NCBI GenBank assembly: GCA_964549685.1
Contig: CAZJVE010000008.1
Span: 1 to 54,879, forward strand
Source of the DNA: an uncultured archaeon
GTDB taxonomy: Archaea; Altiarchaeota; Altiarchaeia; IMC4; QMZM01
Reading direction: 5' to 3'
Length of the DNA: 54,879 nucleotides
The notes under the pieces are model-generated. The model was not told where the DNA came from. It was given only the letters and a program-made list of their open reading frames with translations, and made no database searches. This document shows positions 43,376 through 52,262 of the stretch, piece by piece. The position numbers and the translations under genes were made by a program. The stretch's first letter is position 1. Each line of letters opens with the position of its first letter.

Positions 43376-43522
43376 GGGGTCGTAGGGTAATCTGGCATCC
43401 TAGCGGGCTCCAGAAAAACAGGCTGGAGCGCTGAGCCTAATCAGGCTGTGACGAGAATTTAAGTCTGAACCAATTTGGTTTGAAGAGACCTGCCGATGGG
43501 GGTTCAAATCCCTCCGGCCCCA
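43376..43522 (+). tRNA. tRNA-Trp(CCA) with a 74-nt intron at 37/38 (43414-43487)
   Basis: Acceptor GGGGTCG/CGGCCCC, anticodon stem GCGGG/CCTGC, CCA anticodon at 43410-12, T arm GGGGG-TTCAAAT-CCCTC; 3' CCA not encoded. Confidence 0.95.
43414..43487 (+). ncRNA. Intron-encoded box C/D guide RNA (predicted Cm34 guide)
   Basis: Guide ctggagc is antisense to gctccag, with the +5 position opposite C34; D' ctga 43431-34; C' gtgacga 43448-54; D ctga 43465-68; C-like tgaaga 43481-86. Confidence 0.8.
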
Positions 43523-43531
43523 CTTATCTTT

Positions 43532-44137
43532 CTAGGCCCTAACGCCAAAGAAGTCTCTTGCTCCCTTATCCTTCGGAATCTTCGTGATGGTTCTCTGATA
43601 TGTCGCGAGTTTTTCAATCATCAGCTCTACATTCCCGCTTGTATCAACAACAACATTAATCTCGTCCTCCTCTATCTTCTCAAAGCGCTCCTTCATCTTC
43701 TTGTAGATTGAGATGGTGGCATCAGAGATGCTCTTTCCACCCTCCATCCTGGAATTTATCCTCTCTATGACAACCTCTTCGGGACAGGTGCATTCTACTA
43801 TGAGGAACGGGATTTCGAGTTCTCCCGCAAGGTCGAATGCAAGGTCCCTATACTTACGTTCAGAGAATGTGGCATCCATAATGCAGGACCTTCCGTCATT
43901 GAGGAATTCCCTGGCTCTATCAATCATCTCAACGTATGTTTTCTCACCCATCTCCTTGTCATATATCCCCTCTCCGAATTCCTCGTACCTGTTCTCCTCC
44001 GGGGGAATTCCGGCAATCTCCTTGCGAATCTCATCGGTCCTGATGATTCTGGCATCTATCCTCTCCGCTATCTTATCTGCAATAAAGCTCTTCCCTACCC
44101 CAGGAAGCCCGGTAACGACAATCAGGGTTGTTTGCAT
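43532..44137 (-). CDS. P-loop kinase (AAA_33/COG0645-like)
   Basis: GLPGVGKS, RTDEIRKEI, DATF, IVECTCPEEV..ERI, SDAT. Confidence 0.88.
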   Translation of the reverse strand: MQTTLIVVTGLPGVGKSFIADKIAERIDARIIRTDEIRKEIAGIPPEENRYEEFGEGIYDKEMGEKTYVEMIDRAREFLNDGRSCIMDATFSERKYRDLAFDLAGELEIPFLIVECTCPEEVVIERINSRMEGGKSISDATISIYKKMKERFEKIEEDEINVVVDTSGNVELMIEKLATYQRTITKIPKDKGARDFFGVRA

Positions 44138-45145
44138 TTAAAAATTCACCGCATATTCTTGGGCCAGGCTGAAGTAGTCCTTACATAGCCCTTCCGCTTC
44201 GCTCTTTTCCTCCTGCCCGACCCCTGCATCAAACAGCTTGAAGCCGATGACCTTTGCCCTCACATACGCCCTATAGCACTTGTAGAAGTTCAGCAGGTCA
44301 TGAACCCCTTCGTCCCTGCTACACTCAACATAGCCGTCAACAAAGGACTCCGAGAGGTCCTTCCTCCCCTTGAAGTCCAGGTCCATCGCAAGGAAGGCAA
44401 TTTCAGAAGCAACATCGGAGCAGCTGAAGGCGGGATTGAACTCTATGGCGTCGAAGATGTATATCCTGCCATCGACGAAAATGTTCCCGGAGTGCACGTC
44501 GCCGTGGCACTCCCGTATCTTATTCGATTCAATTCTTTCATTGAACATTTTTGAATTATTTAATATGAATCCATTGACCCTATCTTCTATGGAATCGAAT
44601 AAATCCTCCGGAACCAATTCACCCCTCAAATTCCTTGTCTGCTCGAAGTTCTGGTCCCAGTTCGCCTTTATGGTTTCCGGGGAGCCATACTCATCCACCC
44701 CCTCACCAGTCCTCGCAGCCCTGTGAAATTCCGCCAGTGTTTTTGAAATCTCATCTATAATCTCTCCATCGACTTTCCCATCCCCAAGAAGCAAATCCAT
44801 CCTCCTTTCCTGGGGGAGCTGCACCATCTTGACCGCGTAATCTACCGCATCGCCTTTACCTTCAACATGCAGGCCGTCCGAGGCGGCAGTTATGGGGACA
44901 ACATCAACATAGATGTCCGGGCAGAGCCTCCGATTAACTCTCAGCTCCTCCCCGCAGTAGAACTTCCTCTTCTCCAGCGTTGAGAAATTCAGGAATTCAA
45001 AGTCCACGGGCTTCTTTACCTTGTAGCAGTACTTCCCAGTAAGGAAAACCCATGAGATATGGGTCTGGATGAGGCTGATGGAGTCTACACTCTCAGGATA
45101 GGACTCGGCTTTTGTGAGCTCCTTCGCCATATCGAATTCAGCCAT
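44138..45145 (-). CDS. APH/kinase-like protein (COG2187-like)
   Basis: Start MAEFD (45145); IQTHISWVFLTG..YKVKKPV.F.FL.FSTLE.R...C.EELR.N.RL, ECHGDVHSGNI, FDAIEFN. Confidence 0.88.
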   Translation of the reverse strand: MAEFDMAKELTKAESYPESVDSISLIQTHISWVFLTGKYCYKVKKPVDFEFLNFSTLEKRKFYCGEELRVNRRLCPDIYVDVVPITAASDGLHVEGKGDAVDYAVKMVQLPQERRMDLLLGDGKVDGEIIDEISKTLAEFHRAARTGEGVDEYGSPETIKANWDQNFEQTRNLRGELVPEDLFDSIEDRVNGFILNNSKMFNERIESNKIRECHGDVHSGNIFVDGRIYIFDAIEFNPAFSCSDVASEIAFLAMDLDFKGRKDLSESFVDGYVECSRDEGVHDLLNFYKCYRAYVRAKVIGFKLFDAGVGQEEKSEAEGLCKDYFSLAQEYAVNF

Positions 45146-47732
45146 TCTGTCTTCTTTTGTCATACTTGAGAGCCAGGACATATAACAAGCCAATTACTAC
45201 GAATAATGCCATGGTCTTGAGTAGCTCATCCCCTATGTTGCACCCCCCGTCCGTTGCAGGGATGGTTGTTTCCACAACCCCTACTTCCTCTTGAAGGGAT
45301 GTTGTTGTTATCCCCCTTGTCGTTGTCGTGCTGGATGATGTACTGCTTGTGCTGGATGTACTTGTGCTGCTCAAAGTAGATGTAGTCTCTACAAAATCCT
45401 CCTTCCTGAACCCCAATGCATATACTCTCCCATCTTCAGAACCAAAGACAATCTCGAGAAAGCCATCATTATCCAGGTCTGCTACCGCGGGTGAGCTCCT
45501 TATCGAGCCGTTTGTTTTATACCTGAAGCCCGCGCTTCCGTTGCTGTTTATTATGTATAGGTTCATGTCATGGGAGCCGATAACTATGTCCGGGCTGTTG
45601 TCATTGTCTATGTCTGCAATCGCCGGGGAGGAAGAAATCTTCCCGTTTGTCGTATAGCCGAATATTCTCTCACCGTCTGAGTCTATGGCATATACCTTCC
45701 TGTCGAATGAGCCAAAGACTACGTCCATAAAACCATCGCCGTCTATGTCTGCAACAGCGGGGGAGGATATTATGCTACCTGAGCTGTTATAGTTCCACAT
45801 CAGCGAGAATTTCGAGGTTTCTATATAGATGGTTTGACAACCCGAGGCATCGCACTGTCTGAAGGGCGCCCCCTGAACCGTCTCATACTGAAGCACATAA
45901 AGGCTTCCATCGTCCGAGCCGATAACCAGTTCATCCTTCCCGTTCATGCTTATATCCCCCGCTGCTGGAGATGAGAGCACATCACCCCCCGTCTGGAATC
46001 TCCATATCTTTGCCGTGGGGTAGGAGACTGCATACAGCAGATTGTTATTCGAACCGAAGACTATCTCTGGAACTCCATCCGCATTCAAATCCCCGATTGC
46101 AGGGGAGGATTCTATGGGCCCTGGAGCATCATATACCCATTTCTCTTCACCATCTGTCCTGAGCATGTAAAGATTCCCGTCCTCGGAGCCGAAGATTATC
46201 TCAAGGTCGCGGTTGTGGTCTATATTCGCGATTGTTGCGGAGGCAGTAATCCTGTCTCCCGTTTCATAAATCCACAGAACCTCTCCATTGTTCCCTAGGC
46301 AGTAGAAATTCCCGTCGTCAGAGCCGAAGAGAATCTCTTTCTTACCATCAGAGTTTACATCAAATACCAAGGGCGATGATAGAACAGAACCCTTTGTTTC
46401 ATAGTGCCACAATTCACTCCCATCAGAATTCAGGACATAGAGTTTCCTGTCCCTGGAGCCGATTATCACCTCGAGACTGCCATCATCGTCAATGTCCTCA
46501 AGGGCGGGAGACGATTCTATCCCCCTTCCCGTTTGATGGAACCAAAGAAGAGACAGATTATCGAGGCTGGCATCAAAGAGGTTCACGGATGTCGTATAGC
46601 CAGTATTCTCAATATTGGAGCGGAATTTATACCAGCTCTTCTGGAGCGTCGCTATCTGACCGAATGCATAAAGAGTATTATCGTTTCCCCCAACGAAGAG
46701 CATCCCGTCGGAGATTGCAGGCGAACTGGTAATGTAGCCGTCTGTCGAATAGCTCCATAGCAGATTACCAGTTGATTCATTTATTATGTACAGCTTCCTG
46801 TCGCTGGACCCTATGAAAACTCTGTTGTTGGAGACTGCTGCCGAGCCGGTAACATCCGCCCCGGTCGAATAGCTCCATATCAGATTCCCCGAGGATTCGT
46901 TTATGCAATAGATTCTATCATCGTTGGAACCAACAAATATCTTCCCCTCAGAAACTGCAGGAGAGGACCTAACCTTATCGCCTGTCTGATATTTCCATAT
47001 CAGATTCCCCGATGATTCGTTTATGCAATAGACATTACCATCATCAGACCCGACAAACACTCTCCCACCAGAAACCGAGGGAGACGACCTAACCTGCCCA
47101 TCGGTTACATAGCTCCAGATTAACCCTCCGGTGGAGTCGTTTAGGGCATAGAGTCTGTTGTCGTTGGAGCCGATGAAAATTCTGCCGCTGGCTACTGCAG
47201 GAGAGGACCGCACCTGCCCATCAGTACTGTAGTTCCAGAGCATCTCACCGCCCGACTCGTTCATGGCATAGACCCTGCCGTCGTTAGAACCAATAAAAAC
47301 CCTTCTGTTATTGACCGTGGGCGAGCCAAGTATTGTCGAGTTGGTTTTTCTTCTCCATAAGACACTACCACTATCGCTTTTTAGTGCATAGAGATACTCA
47401 TCATAACACCCAATAAAGACCGTGCCGTTAGATACTGCGGGAGTGGATTCTATTTCACACCTCAGGTCCCTGCTCCATTCAACGGAACCCTCAGACGCAT
47501 TTAACGAATAAACTATCCCATCAAAGGAGGTGGCATAAACCATCCCCTCATACACGACTGGGGAGGATTTAAACCAGTCTCCTGCGCCATGTTTCCAGAC
47601 GAGAACCCTGGCATTGGCATCAATGTCACTGAAACCGCTATTACTGGAATCGTACATGAACTCGAGCCAGTCAGCCGCACATGTTGCTACTATGAACAAC
47701 ACCATAATAAGCGATATTATCCCCTTCATCAT
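45138..47732 (-). CDS. Cell-surface double beta-propeller protein (PQQ/BamB-like plus FG-GAP repeats) with Ser/Thr stalk and C-terminal TM
   Basis: Signal peptide; 40-aa repeats SSPAV..G.IF.GS.D...YA.N...G...W.Y; then SSPA.ADID.DG..EIV.GS.D repeats; TTSTLSSTSTSS linker; TM plus basic tail. Confidence 0.9.
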   Translation of the reverse strand: MMKGIISLIMVLFIVATCAADWLEFMYDSSNSGFSDIDANARVLVWKHGAGDWFKSSPVVYEGMVYATSFDGIVYSLNASEGSVEWSRDLRCEIESTPAVSNGTVFIGCYDEYLYALKSDSGSVLWRRKTNSTILGSPTVNNRRVFIGSNDGRVYAMNESGGEMLWNYSTDGQVRSSPAVASGRIFIGSNDNRLYALNDSTGGLIWSYVTDGQVRSSPSVSGGRVFVGSDDGNVYCINESSGNLIWKYQTGDKVRSSPAVSEGKIFVGSNDDRIYCINESSGNLIWSYSTGADVTGSAAVSNNRVFIGSSDRKLYIINESTGNLLWSYSTDGYITSSPAISDGMLFVGGNDNTLYAFGQIATLQKSWYKFRSNIENTGYTTSVNLFDASLDNLSLLWFHQTGRGIESSPALEDIDDDGSLEVIIGSRDRKLYVLNSDGSELWHYETKGSVLSSPLVFDVNSDGKKEILFGSDDGNFYCLGNNGEVLWIYETGDRITASATIANIDHNRDLEIIFGSEDGNLYMLRTDGEEKWVYDAPGPIESSPAIGDLNADGVPEIVFGSNNNLLYAVSYPTAKIWRFQTGGDVLSSPAAGDISMNGKDELVIGSDDGSLYVLQYETVQGAPFRQCDASGCQTIYIETSKFSLMWNYNSSGSIISSPAVADIDGDGFMDVVFGSFDRKVYAIDSDGERIFGYTTNGKISSSPAIADIDNDNSPDIVIGSHDMNLYIINSNGSAGFRYKTNGSIRSSPAVADLDNDGFLEIVFGSEDGRVYALGFRKEDFVETTSTLSSTSTSSTSSTSSSTTTTRGITTTSLQEEVGVVETTIPATDGGCNIGDELLKTMALFVVIGLLYVLALKYDKRRQNG
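46750..47350 (-). repeat. 120-bp intragenic tandem repeats (propeller blades)
   Basis: Near-identical ccatatcagattcccc...gattcgtttatgcaatag copies 120 bp apart at about 46875 and 46995, with more diverged neighbours. Confidence 0.75.
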
Positions 47733-48439
47733 AAACCCCTCAGCCTCAGATTAATGCATAGAACTATGAATTTAATAATCTCCATTCTGGAGAGCTTGGA
47801 CTTTCCATGGGCCCTGTCCTTGAACATAATGGGCATCTCCTTAATCCTGAAGCCCCTCTCCCCGGCCCTGAAGAGCATCTCCGCCTGGAAGGCATAGCCG
47901 TTCGATTTTATGCTGCTAAGCTCCATCCCCTCCAAGGCCTCCCGCCTGTAGGCCCTGTAGCCGGTGGTTATGTCCCTGACATCCATGCCAAGCAGAATTC
48001 TTGCAACAAGATTCCCGCCACTGCTTACAATCCTTCTAATGAAACTCCAGTTTTCTATCCCGCCGTCTTTGATGTACCTCGAACCAATAACGACATCAGA
48101 ATTATCCATTTCCTTGACAAAATTCGGAATCTCCTCAGGGCTATGGGAAAAGTCGGCGTCCATCTCCATTATGACGTCGGCGCCCTGCCCGAGGGCTTTC
48201 CCGAAACCAGTGATATAAGCGGAGCCTATGCCCCCCTTCTCCTGCCTCCGGATTAGGGTAATGGGAAATTTTTTCTTCAGCCCCTCAACAGCATCGGCAG
48301 TTCCATCCGGAGAATTATCATCCACTACTATAACACTGCCGTCAATCCCCCCATTGTCAAAAATCCCGAATATCTCAGCTATTAATCTCTCTACATTCTC
48401 CCTCTCGTTGTAGGTTGGAATGACTATGAAGACCTTCAT
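47729..48439 (-). CDS. Polyprenol-phosphate mannose synthase-like GT2 glycosyltransferase
   Basis: IPTYNERENV, VVDDNSPDGT, GIGSAY..GF, MDADFSH, IGSRY, D.TTGYRAY, F.DR..G.SK. Confidence 0.92.
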   Translation of the reverse strand: MKVFIVIPTYNERENVERLIAEIFGIFDNGGIDGSVIVVDDNSPDGTADAVEGLKKKFPITLIRRQEKGGIGSAYITGFGKALGQGADVIMEMDADFSHSPEEIPNFVKEMDNSDVVIGSRYIKDGGIENWSFIRRIVSSGGNLVARILLGMDVRDITTGYRAYRREALEGMELSSIKSNGYAFQAEMLFRAGERGFRIKEMPIMFKDRAHGKSKLSRMEIIKFIVLCINLRLRGL

Positions 48440-48472
48440 GTTAGATAATAGAAATTAGAGTAATAATCTAAT

Positions 48473-50122
48473 ATGGACAAATTTCCCAGGTATGCATCAA
48501 TTTCCATTATCCTGCTCATTGCCCTTGCACTCCGCCTCCCGAACCTGGAGAGAGTCCCCTACTGGTACTGGGACGAGGGGGTCAACATGAATATTGCATG
48601 GAACCTGGTCAACGGCATGGCCCTCTGGTTCTCGCTGAAGTTCCCTTTCATGCCCCACCCGCCGCTGTTTTTCATGGTGGGGGGGATTCTACTCCAGATG
48701 TTTGGAAATGAACTTATTGTTATGAGAGCGTTATCTGTTTTTTATGGAATTCTCACAACGGCCACCATCTATCTCATCGCCAGGGAATTCTTCAGCGAAA
48801 GAATCTCCCTGCTCTCAGCCTTTCTCTTTGCCATATACCCTGTGGCAATCTACTGGAACCGGATGGCGTTCGCAAACAACCAGCTTACCCTTCTAATCCT
48901 CCTGGCAATGTATTCTTTCTGGAAATACGTCCACGAGTGCCGGTTCACTAACAAGAAGGCCGATAGATGGCTCTACATCGGCTCCCTGTTCACGGGGCTG
49001 GCTCTGATTACAGAGCTCTTTGGCTTCTTCCTGCTCGTTTCAATCTTCATAATCATCAGAGAGGGAAGGGTAAAGCCCATCGTCCTATCCCTGATTCTGC
49101 CGGCAATATTCTTCGCAACAATGTTCGCCTTTATGCCTGCAGAATTCATCCATGACACGGCATTTACCCTAAAGAGATTTGGAATAACGTTCAATTCGCT
49201 TCTAATCCTTTCATTGACCTCAATCCTGATTTATATCCTGAGAGAGAAAGTAATCGGAATTCTAATCCGTCTCAGGAACTTCTACACCAACCTTGCCTAT
49301 GACTCCGTGCTTCTTCCCGGGGAGTCGAAACTACCCCAGGACGAAAGGCGGGAGACGGCAAAGAAAAGGCTCAGGAGCAATGCGATCCTCTTTCTGGTTC
49401 TCCTCAACCTGCTTGCAGGAATAACTCTGATATTTCCGTTCAGCGATGTCATACTCTTCAAAGGAGTCGATTATTTCTGGCTTGGTATCTTCGGCCTCCT
49501 CATGGCCAAGAATGACGCGAGGAAATTCCTCATTGCATTCTTCCTGCCCCTCTTCCTCGTCACGTTCATCCTTACCGGGAGGACCGACCACCTGGTGATA
49601 CCACTGCTGCCCTTTTTCTGCCTTGGCCTGGTCGTCTTCTTGAGGGAAATCTATAGCTACATGGGCTCCTTCTCCATACAGAGCATAGTAATCCTAATCC
49701 TTCTCTCCTACCCGCTTGCATTCGTTCTCTACCACGACGCATCCAGCTTCATCCTCGGAAACGGCCTCATCCATGAGGACATAGACGGCAGAATCGAGGC
49801 TGCAGGATTCATAAACTCCCGGACAAGCCCGGAGGACGTAGTCATTACGGACAGCCACCTGGGGCGCTTCATCAACTCAAGGACATCCGTTCTCATCCAG
49901 TCTATTGCATTTCAGGGCAGGCAAATAACATACATGGCTCCCGATTACGGCAGGGAGAGGTTTGAATTCGATCCCTCGCACGGAAACGCAAGGTTCATAG
50001 TAATAACGCCCGAAGTGGCTGAATGGCTATCAGAAAATGACGAGGAGATGTTCATGGACATCCAGAAGTGGCCGACTCACAGTGTTGGGGGATACATAAT
50101 ATACGAGAACCCTAGAGAATAA
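48473..50122 (+). CDS. GT-C fold (ArnT/PMT-like) membrane glycosyltransferase
   Basis: LALRL...WYWDEG, PHPPLFF, R.LSV..G..T...IY..ARE; many TMs. Confidence 0.85.
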   Translation: MDKFPRYASISIILLIALALRLPNLERVPYWYWDEGVNMNIAWNLVNGMALWFSLKFPFMPHPPLFFMVGGILLQMFGNELIVMRALSVFYGILTTATIYLIAREFFSERISLLSAFLFAIYPVAIYWNRMAFANNQLTLLILLAMYSFWKYVHECRFTNKKADRWLYIGSLFTGLALITELFGFFLLVSIFIIIREGRVKPIVLSLILPAIFFATMFAFMPAEFIHDTAFTLKRFGITFNSLLILSLTSILIYILREKVIGILIRLRNFYTNLAYDSVLLPGESKLPQDERRETAKKRLRSNAILFLVLLNLLAGITLIFPFSDVILFKGVDYFWLGIFGLLMAKNDARKFLIAFFLPLFLVTFILTGRTDHLVIPLLPFFCLGLVVFLREIYSYMGSFSIQSIVILILLSYPLAFVLYHDASSFILGNGLIHEDIDGRIEAAGFINSRTSPEDVVITDSHLGRFINSRTSVLIQSIAFQGRQITYMAPDYGRERFEFDPSHGNARFIVITPEVAEWLSENDEEMFMDIQKWPTHSVGGYIIYENPRE

Positions 50123-50228
50123 CATTCGACGTAAACCACATCCAAAAAAGCAGGCCGAATACCAGGCCCAGGAAAATCATGACATCCCTTCTCGTTATAT
50201 CATCCCTTAGTTGAATTTTGGATGGCAT
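50112..50228 (-). CDS. Unannotated 38-aa single-TM micro-protein
   Basis: ATG at 50228 reads MPSKIQLRDDITRRDVMIFLGLVFGLLFWMWFTSNVIL*; TATA-like sequences upstream on the minus strand; fills otherwise empty space. Confidence 0.5.
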   Translation of the reverse strand: MPSKIQLRDDITRRDVMIFLGLVFGLLFWMWFTSNVIL

Positions 50229-50342
50229 TTTGAAAACGATACGTTTATATATTACTTCCACCTTATAAATTTATAATGGCTTTCATAGCCATATTTAAAA
50301 AATCCATCGGAATATATAATATCAAAAATTGAGGTGAAAAAC

Positions 50343-50744
50343 ATGAACATTGATTATATTATGGAAGACAGAAGGCCCAAAGCGTTGATTCTGTTAGGAG
50401 TTATCCTGCTAGTTTCTCTCGTTTCTGCGCAGAGCACTGCCGTAGAGACTGCAATCAGTTGTATGGCATGCAGGATTATGCAGCTTGTATTTATGATAAT
50501 TGGTATGGTGGTGACGCTGGTGATAATATTTGCAGGGCTCAAATGGGTTGGCTCTGGCGAAGACCCCGATGCTAGAAACCAGGCGAAGCAGATGATAATT
50601 CATGCCATAATTGGGCTGGTGATTATAATCATAGCCGCCTACGCAGTAAGCTGGCTGACAAGCAGTCTTATGGAGTTCACGATTGCTGACCCGGCTGAGG
50701 CGGTTAGTGGTTGTGGTACCTGGTGTGGTTACACCGGTGTATAA
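50343..50744 (+). CDS. VirB2/TrbC-like pilin
   Basis: SD gaggtg before ATG 50343; signal peptide; hairpin TMs with IIFAGLKWVGSGEDPDARNQAKQMIIHAIIGLVII. Confidence 0.8.
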   Translation: MNIDYIMEDRRPKALILLGVILLVSLVSAQSTAVETAISCMACRIMQLVFMIIGMVVTLVIIFAGLKWVGSGEDPDARNQAKQMIIHAIIGLVIIIIAAYAVSWLTSSLMEFTIADPAEAVSGCGTWCGYTGV

Positions 50745-50769
50745 AACCATCTAATTCTTTCTTTTTCTT

Positions 50770-52257
50770 TTATTTTTCTTTATCCCTGCAGTCGTAGACA
50801 TATATGTCCCTTATTTTTACGTCCAGCCTGCAGGAGCTGTTTGCATAATCGCTTATTACAGGGATATTCAGCCTTCTTGAGACTATGACGTAATTACCAT
50901 CCACAAGGGAATTCACCACCTCTTCATCCTGATAGTCACTGAACCTCGGGTCTATTGAATTCATATCTACTGCGCCCTTTGCCATCTCCCTACCAGAAAG
51001 GAAGGCAACCGCCGGGGCAAGCACCGGGGAGCCCGTAATCTTCCCCTTCTCCGCAAGGTTCATATACTCTGCAGTATCCATGAGTGGACCATGCCACAGC
51101 ACATAGGTGGACATGAAAGTCCCGATATGTATGAACACCACAATAACAATAACGGACTTCAGGAAGAGCTGCTTCCATGAGTCCTTCAGCCAGTCTGCTG
51201 TTCTTCCTGCCAATAAAGCCAAAGCGGGAGCAGCATTTATCAGATAGATATAGGAACTTATGTAGAACGGATACCTGATGATGAATATTGCAGCCAGTGA
51301 GAGAAGGGCCCATGCTGACAGCAGCACGTCCGGTCCCCTCTTCTCTTTGAGCGCCAGATAAAGGCCCACAAGGCCCAAGGGCAGGAGAAGCAGGTACCTG
51401 GGAATTCCCTCCCTGAGCAGGAAGAGCGCCTTCAGAAAGACCGGGCTGTCTGCCTTCACTGCATGGAAGCCGAGTATCTGCTCAAGCATTGGCGTGCTAT
51501 TGTAATGGATTAATGCCGGAGCGACAGCAAGGAGCAGGCCAGCCAGGAGAAGAGCATAGATTCTCCAGTTCTTCATCCTCTGAATTAAAAGATAAACCAG
51601 AATACTCACCAACGGAATTATGGCAAATAGACGATACAACATCGCAATTCCCAGGCATAGTCCTGACAGAAGAATTCCCCAGTAATTCTTTCTCTCTATT
51701 CCATCAAACAAAAACAGGATAGCCAGGAGGCTGAAGAATATCATCTCCGAGAACATCATAGCGCTCCTCGTGAATTGTACAACTCCAACGCTTATGGAGA
51801 AGACAAAGGCACTCAACAGTGCTGCCCTGAAGCCGTAGAATCTCCTCGCTATTAGATAGATTAATGGAATGCATCCTATGCTCAGGACTACGGGGATTAT
51901 CTTGGCCTGCCAGACCCCGACCCCGAGCAGGCTGAAAATCCACGAAGTAACCAATGGATAGGCTGGGGGATGTGCCAGGAAGAAGTCCACATAAAGCCCC
52001 AACCCCCCATAGACCTGCTTTGCTGCCATCACATAGACTGCCTCGTCGGATACCATCAGCATATTCACGGTCAAGAGGCGAAGCAGGGCACCCAGCAGAA
52101 CGATAAAGAGCACATACCTCTTCGCCCCGTCCTCTTTCAGACCAGAGAATAGCGGCTTTGACCCCCTGCCGTTCATATACGAGTAGATTAGATACAGCAC
52201 AATAATCAAAAGCGGAACCCCGACCAGGCACGGCGCGATATACTGGCTGAATTCCAT
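50770..52257 (-). CDS. GT-C fold (ArnT/PMT-like) membrane glycosyltransferase
   Basis: SDEAVY..A.....G..LY.DFF.AHPP, IYLIARR.YG..AAL; many TMs; probable start MEFSQ. Confidence 0.85.
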   Translation of the reverse strand: MEFSQYIAPCLVGVPLLIIVLYLIYSYMNGRGSKPLFSGLKEDGAKRYVLFIVLLGALLRLLTVNMLMVSDEAVYVMAAKQVYGGLGLYVDFFLAHPPAYPLVTSWIFSLLGVGVWQAKIIPVVLSIGCIPLIYLIARRFYGFRAALLSAFVFSISVGVVQFTRSAMMFSEMIFFSLLAILFLFDGIERKNYWGILLSGLCLGIAMLYRLFAIIPLVSILVYLLIQRMKNWRIYALLLAGLLLAVAPALIHYNSTPMLEQILGFHAVKADSPVFLKALFLLREGIPRYLLLLPLGLVGLYLALKEKRGPDVLLSAWALLSLAAIFIIRYPFYISSYIYLINAAPALALLAGRTADWLKDSWKQLFLKSVIVIVVFIHIGTFMSTYVLWHGPLMDTAEYMNLAEKGKITGSPVLAPAVAFLSGREMAKGAVDMNSIDPRFSDYQDEEVVNSLVDGNYVIVSRRLNIPVISDYANSSCRLDVKIRDIYVYDCRDKEK

Positions 52258-52262
52258 ATCTC

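Noticed and set aside
50241-50270. S-layer operator motif shared with the pilin promoter (acgtttata...ccttataaat)
   Set aside because: The match is short and fully explained by TATA boxes, and the TAGA half is missing.
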